Shown: piece after piece, positions 54,094-61,180 of the stretch
How the letters are laid out: each line of letters starts with the position of its first letter
How positions within the stretch are numbered: the stretch's first letter is position 1
Notes under the pieces: model-generated
What the model saw: the letters and a program-made list of their open reading frames with translations, nothing else
Told to the model about the DNA's origin: nothing
Database searches by the model: none
Made by a program: the position numbers and the translations under genes
Virus record (IMG/VR): IMGVR_UViG_3300021399_000102
Span: 137,558-201,557 of that record
From: a virus
Lineage: Duplodnaviria; Caudoviricetes
Length of the DNA: 64,000 bases
Direction: 5' to 3' (one strand)

Positions 54094-54280
54094 ATTTGAA
54101 GTCGCCGGACTAACTGCTCTATAAACAAGGTTCGCAATGTCCTTGCTGGTGAAGAGACTAACACCACGTCACCACGCAATGCGTTCATCCAGTAAAAATG
54201 GTACTTCCACTCGGAACTGCCCCGAGATATAGCCGGTAAGAGCGGCTGGTCTTCTAGTTGACTTATGGAAGCATTGAAGA

Positions 54281-54355
54281 TGGTACTCCGCGCGGGAGTC
54301 AAACCCGCAACCCAGGGTTTAAGAGACCCTTGCGCTATCATTGCGCCAGCGGAGC
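54281..54355 (-). tRNA. tRNA-Lys(CUU)
   Basis: AGGGT-ct CTT aa-ACCCT. Confidence 0.9.
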
Positions 54356-54362
54356 ATTGAAA

Positions 54363-55082
54363 TTATTCATCTATGAACTCTTTGGCAATCCGAATATACT
54401 TCTTTGGATTGTGGAATACATCTTTCCACTTGAGTCTCAACAATTGCCATCCTTCATCCTTTAAGAGTTCATTCTTTCTCAAATCCCTTTCTATTTGCTC
54501 TGGGAATATTTCGTGCTGCTTGCCATCAATCTCAATGCACTTCTTCTTGTGTTCCCAGGCAAAGTCCAACGAGAACCTATGAAACGGTCTTTCACGCACA
54601 TAGTTCTTGTCAGCAAATTCGTTCTCAATCACTTGCATGAACCACTTCTCGGGCCATGAAGGTTCATTGTTCCATCTGCACTCGCCAATGTTGTGCGCAC
54701 GGCCTTCTGCGTGAGCTTTCTTCATTGACTCAGAAATCTTCTTTCGCATTTCATCCGGGAGATGCTTTCCTTCCCAATGGAACTTTACCAATCCTTCTGA
54801 AATTCGTTGTTTAAGCGTTTCAACACCTTTGGCAATTCTTGGGTCTATGTCTTTCGTCAAACCCTTATTCCAACATCGTTTCGATTTGTGTGCTTCATGT
54901 TTGTGCTTATACATTAAGCTACGAGACTTAAATTCTTCGCCACATTGGTCGCATATCCAAGGTGTGCCTTTCTGGTGTTTTCGTTCGCAAGAGTGAGCAT
55001 ATGCTCCTCTACATTCCTTGGAGCAGAATCTTCCGCTTCCATACGAGCCATCATGCTCGTTTCCACATACTTCGCATTTCAT
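54363..55082 (-). CDS. free-standing endonuclease (Zn fingers, NUMOD3, DUF559/Vsr-like nuclease domain)
   Basis: MKCEVCG..GSGRFCS (same N-terminus as 45508..46266), GKHLPDEMRKKISES, LDFAW..IEIDGKQH..RDLRKNELLKDEGWQLLR. Confidence 0.82.
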   Translation of the reverse strand: MKCEVCGNEHDGSYGSGRFCSKECRGAYAHSCERKHQKGTPWICDQCGEEFKSRSLMYKHKHEAHKSKRCWNKGLTKDIDPRIAKGVETLKQRISEGLVKFHWEGKHLPDEMRKKISESMKKAHAEGRAHNIGECRWNNEPSWPEKWFMQVIENEFADKNYVRERPFHRFSLDFAWEHKKKCIEIDGKQHEIFPEQIERDLRKNELLKDEGWQLLRLKWKDVFHNPKKYIRIAKEFIDE

Positions 55083-55195
55083 AATTTTTGCCTTTAGTTT
55101 AGAGACGTTATTTACGGTAACGTCATCTCTATTTACAATTATACGAAAATTTGTCCCAGACCTATGTTGGCCGTAAACCATGATGGAATGGGACA
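55083..55195 (-). promoter_or_regulatory. kissing-loop leader motif, copy 3
   Basis: loop TTTACGG complementary to loop CCGTAAA; TATAAT-t-GTAAATA between. Confidence 0.7.
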
Positions 55196-55200
55196 TTAAG

Positions 55201-55478
55201 TGGCTGATGAGGAGGGACTCGAACCCCCAGTTGCTTTCGCCACGGATTACCTGCTACATTGGTTTCCCATTGTAGTCTGGACTATCTCATCATCCCATTT
55301 CTGGGAGCGTCCTCTATAGTCTCTACGCATTTACGCATTTCTGCGATTTAGTTCTGTGATTAGCATGTTGCATACGCAATTTAGCCTCTCCAGAGTTAGG
55401 GACGTGTTTCAATCAAGGTTGCCCTTGAAAGCTGCCATATAGGACAGTCCGCTGCCTTACCATTCGGCTCACTCATCA
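55201..55478 (-). tRNA. tRNA-Asn(GUU) interrupted by a group I intron (exons 55444-55478 and 55201-55249)
   Basis: spliced arm GCGGA-ct GT^T aa-TCCGT; U1-A72, G73, CCA. Confidence 0.88.
55250..55443 (-). ncRNA. group I intron (194 nt, no ORF)
   Basis: 5' exon ends in U paired to G in P1 (CTGT^C / GGCAG); R element GTAGAGACTATA, S element GATAGTCC (P7); terminal G. Confidence 0.88.
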
Positions 55479-55659
55479 TCAAATCGTTCTAAATTGACGT
55501 GTTGGGAAGGATTCGGACCTTCATAGGGCATTATGCTAACGAATGTTTCCATGCTTGGAAACCACCTCTCTAATGTCCAATCGGCGGCCTTTGCCGATGC
55601 ATAGCCCGTTCTATGCTGCTTCAACACACGAAACTTGTTTCAGCACTATTGAAATTCGC

Positions 55660-55731
55660 TGGGATGTGTTGGAATCGAACCAACCTAGTCACCCCTTATC
55701 ATAGGGCCGCCACACCAGTAGCTTACATCCT
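55660..55731 (-). tRNA. tRNA-Ile(GAU), divergent second copy
   Basis: GCCCT-at GAT aa-GGGGT; canonical T arm; no CCA. Confidence 0.65.
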
Positions 55732-56479
55732 TTATAGCATGTCTATTGTGCTTCGCCGCACGACCTTACACCCACGTCTGGGCATTTTGCGCAAAATTGA
55801 AAAGGTCTTTCTCAAAGGCAATCTATCATATTCTCGGCGCCAACTGGTCAATTACTCCAAATGGCGTTGTTCCTCAATATGAGGTGTGGGGTTTCTTTCC
55901 ACGGTTGTTCCAAACCAATCGCAGGCTACTTGTGGGTTTTCTGCCCAATCCGTGCTTCTTACACCATAGAGCAATTCGCCTTGCCTTTGATTCAATTGTG
56001 TTCCCCTTGGTCAACCACTCGCTGCCCATCGTCTCGCTAAAGATCTGACGCCGAAGCCTTGTCCGTTGCAGGGGAAATCTTGAAATTGTAGAAGTGGCTG
56101 GGCCCGAGGGTCATACCTATCATAAGAGAGTTGCATCCGGATCCACATTGCTCTCCCATATTTCAGCTGGGTCTCTCAGTCATGCCACATTGAAATTGAA
56201 CAAGGCACTATTTGGATGACAAGTATCCAAAAGATTCCCAGCTCCGAACCGGGCGTTTCAATAACTAAGGCATAGATTGTCCAACTTGTCATAATGGTCA
56301 TCTACACCCATAGCGGAGGCGTTTATCTCCTCAATCTTGTCGTGCCGTCAACTACCTAACCACCAAAAGATGGGCTAAGTTTTCCGTGAGTTACCTCCGA
56401 CGATTGGCTCGTTGACAGAGCCTGCCAATCAGATTGGGTTTCAGCAATTAGAAAACCAACGAGATTGGGTGTATGAAAT

Positions 56480-56554
56480 TGGTAGCGGGAATTGGAGTCG
56501 AACCAACCATCACCGGGGTATGAACCCAGTATGCAACCGCTGCACCGTCCCGCA
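56480..56554 (-). tRNA. initiator-like tRNA-fMet(CAU)
   Basis: 1:72 mismatch, GGG/CCC anticodon stem, tt CAT ac; ACCA. Confidence 0.85.
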
Positions 56555-56895
56555 ATCTTGAAAATGGTGTTGCTGAGGGAGTGCGCTACGCTCCAATGTT
56601 GGGTATTCCTTCACACTTGGCAAATTCTCCACCCCATCGGGCCCTATGAAATGGCGTCTTCCAAGATTCACTGTGAAGTTTAGTTGTATTTCCCAACTCC
56701 CTCATGCAAGAGGGTATGTTGCTTTCCATCACTCGCAACGAAATTGAATAGCCATTCGCTTTAGACCCAAGGTTCCCTAATGGGTTTCCTCCAAGGGCTG
56801 ACTCGCGTATGATGTTCCTTCCTCAGGAACAGTCTTTACTACATCGTCATTCAATTGTCAAAGATCCTATTGTCGCTTTCACAAACAACACCCAT

Positions 56896-56928
56896 AGTAT
56901 ATCACATCTCGGTGTTCTTGTAAAGGGG
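56896..56928 (-). promoter_or_regulatory. sigma70 promoter of the RNA array plus boxA
   Basis: CCCCC-TTTACA-N17-TATACT with extended TG; GATCTTTGACAA at 56855-56866. Confidence 0.8.
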
Positions 56929-56948
56929 GTTTCCAAACTTTTTCAGTT

Positions 56949-57025
56949 TGGTCACGGTGACGAGACTCGAACTCGCATCCCACGGTTTAAAAGACCGTTG
57001 CAGAAACCTATTTTGCTACACCGTG
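56949..57025 (-). tRNA. tRNA-Lys(UUU)
   Basis: ACGGT-ct TTT aa-ACCGT; ACCA. Confidence 0.9.
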
Positions 57026-57251
57026 TTGTTGAAATCCACTTGAACCGTCAGCTCTAGACCTATGGCTAATGACTTCCCCATAGGAAGACTCGCTCTGACT
57101 TCATGCAGTCTTTACTTCTGTATCCCACGATTGATTGTTTCTTTTTTTGTGAAACCATCAATCGGTCCTAATATTCAATTGTCAAAGATCCATGTCCTTT
57201 TGCCCCTGGACTTGGGGGTGTCTCAACTTCTTTTTCGTTTCAACACTGCAT

Positions 57252-57285
57252 ATAATATCACATTTCGTTCCGCTTGTAAAGGGGG
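57252..57285 (-). promoter_or_regulatory. first promoter of the RNA array plus boxA
   Basis: CCCCC-TTTACA-N17-TATTAT; GATCTTTGACAA at 57179-57190; upstream hairpin 57302-57332. Confidence 0.78.
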
Positions 57286-57702
57286 TTTCCTATAAAATTT
57301 TTGGGATGACCTTTTTCTTTTTAGGCCATCCCATCTTCCTCATTTCTTGAAGGATACTCGCTTTACTTGCTTCCCTTCACCCTTGGTCGATGGTAGACCC
57401 ACATTCAGATGCTTTCTCATTCGCCAAATTGCGCTTCATGCTGCCACAATACTGAAGTCGAATGCTATCGGTGGCAACGGGCAATACGCCATTGGCTATC
57501 TGAGACATAAATCTCAGATTTGCATGGCTTACTGCGCCAAATTGCTGTCTACCTAACTTCATCATCTGTTGTTGTATCTCCCAGTTTCCTTGGGTTGTTC
57601 ATTTCTTATTTACGCAGAAGTTCTGCGAAACTACAATCAATTATACCAGATTTCTGCAGAAAGTTAAGTCGTATAATTGAATCATAACGGAAAGACCCCA
57701 TT

Positions 57703-58536
57703 ATGCGAAACAAGACACTTCAGGACAACACCATAGTTCTTGGTTCTTGCCAGGATGTTGCACCATTGATAAGTGGCGTTGATGTCGTATTGACATCCCC
57801 CTTCTACAACACTTCAACCAAATCCAAGATTGTGCCAAGGGAGAAACTTGGCAATGCGAACCAGCGCGGAAGATACGACACCATAGTTGATACCTACACA
57901 CGGGAGGGATATTGCGATTTCATGGTTGATTTGTTCAACAAGATGCACGATGGATTGCAGGATAACGCAGTTGTCCTGTTCAACATTTCATATTCAACTG
58001 GCAATCCCGATGGCTATATGTTCGCGTTGTCTGACATAATTCGGAGGACAGAATACACCTTGGTCGATCAAATAGCGTGGAAGAAGCCAGTTTGCATACC
58101 TGACATATCAACCCCAAATCGGTTGAGCAGAATAGTTGAGCCTATATACGTGTTCTGCAAGAAGGGGTTTGAGAAGACGCACTATTGCAACAAGCCAGAG
58201 ATTTCGCAAGGGGCAGCTTCACATCGTTGCTACAAGCCAATGTACAACTTCGTGGAGGCAATGTGTGGAAACAAGGAGAAGGACGAGAAGAAATGTCCCT
58301 ACAATGCAGCGACATATTCCATAGAGCTTTGCGTCAAGTTGTTGAGGATGTATGCGCCAAAGAACGCCTTGGTGTATGACCCATTCATGGGAAGTGGAAC
58401 GACAGCAGTCGCTTGCAAGAGAATGGGATTGCGTTGGTTGGGTTCTGAGATTTCTGAGAACCAAGTGAAGTGGGCTGAGGATAGATTGAAGAACGCAATA
58501 TCCCCGTCAATTGTTGAGGGGAAGTTCGATGATTGA
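57703..58536 (+). CDS. DNA amino-methyltransferase (N6_N4 family, probably N4-cytosine)
   Basis: LTSPFYN (SPPY variant), IAWKK, DPFMGSGTTA. Confidence 0.88.
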   Translation: MRNKTLQDNTIVLGSCQDVAPLISGVDVVLTSPFYNTSTKSKIVPREKLGNANQRGRYDTIVDTYTREGYCDFMVDLFNKMHDGLQDNAVVLFNISYSTGNPDGYMFALSDIIRRTEYTLVDQIAWKKPVCIPDISTPNRLSRIVEPIYVFCKKGFEKTHYCNKPEISQGAASHRCYKPMYNFVEAMCGNKEKDEKKCPYNAATYSIELCVKLLRMYAPKNALVYDPFMGSGTTAVACKRMGLRWLGSEISENQVKWAEDRLKNAISPSIVEGKFDD

Positions 58537-58896
58537 GTTTGCGTTGGTCAGGACAAGGCTTCCATCGACATCCCTGAACAGCTTGACAATGTTGATCAAG
58601 TCCTCAAGCTTGATTGAAACTGCATTGGTTGGGGCTATTGAATGAAGTCCCCCAAGTTGGAAACACACTGTCTTGTTCGTGTTGATTTCAGCAGACATTG
58701 ATTCTATCGTGGTGCTGAATCCCCATTTTCTGTACTTTACCTTGTAGCCTTGATCAACGATTACATATTCAACTGGATTGGTCTTGCTTGATTCAGAGTA
58801 TATTGGAAGGGCGAGATTCGGACGCTTGTCCACCGTGACCGTGGCAAAGCATCCAGCAAGAAGGAGAGCGCATAGTATCAATGGGATTCTATTCAT
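58507..58896 (-). CDS. lipoprotein (possible spanin / lysis accessory)
   Basis: lipobox LLAGC after a hydrophobic signal; coupled to the upstream membrane protein. Confidence 0.65.
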   Translation of the reverse strand: MNRIPLILCALLLAGCFATVTVDKRPNLALPIYSESSKTNPVEYVIVDQGYKVKYRKWGFSTTIESMSAEINTNKTVCFQLGGLHSIAPTNAVSIKLEDLINIVKLFRDVDGSLVLTNANSIIELPLNN

Positions 58897-59540
58897 CGTT
58901 TGACCTTGGCCATGTTCCTAACATTGGCCGTGTTCCCTACATCAGACGCCACATCAAATGTCACCATCTTGATTTCCTGAGTTCCAAATATCTCTGACAT
59001 GAAGTCCTCGAACCTCTCTTTCACATCATGGTTGCCACCAATTGATGTATAGTACTGAAACTCCTCCTTGAGTCGCTTGTACTGCTTTTGCGTTATCTTC
59101 TTGGTTGCCTCGTGGAAGTCTATTGTCTTGATGATGTCGTCTCTCAGAAGCCAAATCGTCCCCTCCTTCGCTTGCTTCATCATTTCCTTGTGAGTCTTAT
59201 CAGATTTCTCCACAAGTTCCTTGTATTCCCTACCAGACTTTTCATGTGCTACTTGCTCTTGCTTGTTGAAATTTTCCAACTTTTCGGAGAATCTCGTGGA
59301 AATCTTGTCGAAGCCCCAAAGCATGGATACAATGATTACCACATCAAAGAGGAGAGACCATCCCATCCCAAGCAACGTAGATGTCATTCTGGACATTTCC
59401 CTTTGGTTTCCACAATTCTGATTGTATGTTGCCCCACTTCCAAGATTCACAGTAGTGCCTTGTTGATTGAAGGAATCATCAACCTTGGAATTGTCCTCCA
59501 AGTTTGCGCTCAGATGTGGATTCGTGATAGGTATTTCCAT
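58893..59540 (-). CDS. membrane protein, holin-like / lysis-cassette family
   Basis: single TM helix, coiled coil, LLRDDI...YTSIGGNH motif; GTAAATA 59632-59638. Confidence 0.6.
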   Translation of the reverse strand: MEIPITNPHLSANLEDNSKVDDSFNQQGTTVNLGSGATYNQNCGNQREMSRMTSTLLGMGWSLLFDVVIIVSMLWGFDKISTRFSEKLENFNKQEQVAHEKSGREYKELVEKSDKTHKEMMKQAKEGTIWLLRDDIIKTIDFHEATKKITQKQYKRLKEEFQYYTSIGGNHDVKERFEDFMSEIFGTQEIKMVTFDVASDVGNTANVRNMAKVKR

Positions 59541-59684
59541 TTGGCATCACCTCGTAGTTCAAGATTGGGTTATGTTTGGCTATGAACGTTACATGTTGTA
59601 TCTATGTGTTGATTCTATTTATGTCAATCTATATTTACATATAAGATGTCAGAAATTAAAGCCATATTGCATTTTTGGGGAGAT

Positions 59685-60416
59685 TCAGTTTGTTAATTTG
59701 GGGGACGTTTGGTTGAATCTCATTGACAAGGGCAATAAATGCCCATCTTGGCCGTAGATTGGTTCAAGGCTCTTCACTTGATTTGGCTTGAACACGATGT
59801 ATGAGGTTGGATCGTGTTCAACGTCAGCCTCATAGTCGTTTCTATATATTATGCCATCGTAACGGCTCTCCAAGCAACTCTTATGCAAGATTTCCTCATA
59901 CTATGGCTTCAATTGAACCCATTGTGGAGAATCAATGCACCTATGCCAATCAAGTGCGGTTTTCTTGTCAATTCCAACGGATTTCAGAAGCCTCCAAGCA
60001 TCCTACGCAACAGACCTTTGCTCGTAGAGATACATAGATTGTTGAGATTGATAAGGGATTCCGAGCAACTTCAGGGCTGCCTTCTGTACGATGCTTCCAA
60101 CATCCCAAGAATCAAGGTCATTGTTCAACATTATGGGATTGTGGAGCGAAATTGCAACGTGAATGAGCTTTCCATTTGGAAAATCGTGGCGTTCTGCTTC
60201 GTAATATGTGTCGTAGATTCTGTTCTATGCCACTTCCTTGTCCTTTGCGAAATGGAAGCCAATGTCGCCCTTGATGAACTCGTCGAAATCAACATATGTC
60301 CCGTGCCAAGCTTCAAGATTGTAGCCCTTGGACTATGCGACTTGAAACGCAAGATGGCTGCCTTGCTCCAGGCAACCACCTTGAATCAGTTGTTCATATT
60401 CTTGGTCGATGTTCAT
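59685..60416 (-). CDS. ADP-ribosyltransferase-like protein (ART-PolyVal type, 243 aa); 4 in-frame TAG
   Basis: readthrough of TAG 60333, 60225, 60003, 59901 joins AWHGT..FDEF..GFHFA..HNP with YDGIIYRNDYE..SYIVFKPNQVKS; ATG overlaps the upstream TGA. Confidence 0.8.
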
Positions 60417-60754
60417 CTGTACGCTTCTTGAACGAGTCTATAGTTTGCTTCGTCCCGCTTGGATTGCATTGCCAAGTCAGAAATATCCACAAGCAAGCAA
60501 GTGGATGAGTTGTCTTTCATGAAGCCATTTACGATGCAATACATCCTCAACGCGAACAGAAGTTCCTTTGAGTAGACGCAATCGCAAAGCCCAATGTAGT
60601 ATTTCGCACGGTTGAGATACTCTGTCTTCTTCTCCATGTGCCATTTCGTCAGCCACTTGATGATGGACGCAAGGCAGAAATCCACCTTGAATGCACGTAT
60701 CAGGTCTATTGGCTGAATGACCAACTTTGCATATGACTCGCCCATTATGCCCAA
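60413..60754 (-). CDS. DUF3310-like phage protein
   Basis: IQPIDLI..FCLASIIKWL..EYLNRAKYYI. Confidence 0.65.
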   Translation of the reverse strand: MGIMGESYAKLVIQPIDLIRAFKVDFCLASIIKWLTKWHMEKKTEYLNRAKYYIGLCDCVYSKELLFALRMYCIVNGFMKDNSSTCLLVDISDLAMQSKRDEANYRLVQEAYR

Positions 60755-61155
60755 TCCTCATTTGAATTAACTATCGTTAGATCCCAAATCACTAATTTTG
60801 TCGATTCTTTTGATGCCTGTATTCCAATTTTCACATTGAGAAGCCCATCTTTGGACAATGATGGAATCACCTTGGTCGAATATACGATTTCCTCTTGTTC
60901 AATTGGATACAAAATAGCCTCTATTCCATGTTTGATTTCGCTCAAATCTTTTTGAGTTAAATTATCTTCCCAAAGCCATTTTCTGATATAACCTTTTATG
61001 GCATATTGCAATCCTGGTTTGAGTTCTTCCAATGTTGGAGATGCATTCACCTTGATGCTCTCAACATTTTCTGCTTTTGACGACATTGGGATTGCAGATG
61101 CTGCAACGCCAGAAACCAACGCCCCCATGAAGTCTCTTCTTGATGTTGTGTTCAT
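60745..61155 (-). CDS. Tat-signal protein with a tail-sheath C-terminal-like domain
   Basis: MNTTSRRDFM + hydrophobic segment + SKA; WLWEDN..IKHGIEAIL..DGLLNVKIGI. Confidence 0.6.
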   Translation of the reverse strand: MNTTSRRDFMGALVSGVAASAIPMSSKAENVESIKVNASPTLEELKPGLQYAIKGYIRKWLWEDNLTQKDLSEIKHGIEAILYPIEQEEIVYSTKVIPSLSKDGLLNVKIGIQASKESTKLVIWDLTIVNSNEDWA

Positions 61156-61180
61156 TGTTGTTTTCCTTTAACCAAGTCAA

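Noticed and set aside
45318-57025. HDV-like (theta) ribozymes after tRNAs, tmRNA, RNase P or SRP RNA
   Set aside because: I looked because such RNAs occur in recoded or jumbo phages, but could not fit their consensus cores by eye. A covariance search is still needed.
57377-57602. Small late gene after GTAAATA 57607 (ATG 57602 with two TAGs, or track ORF 57377..57565)
   Set aside because: Two competing frames and neither has recognisable features, so it is not counted among the recoded genes.
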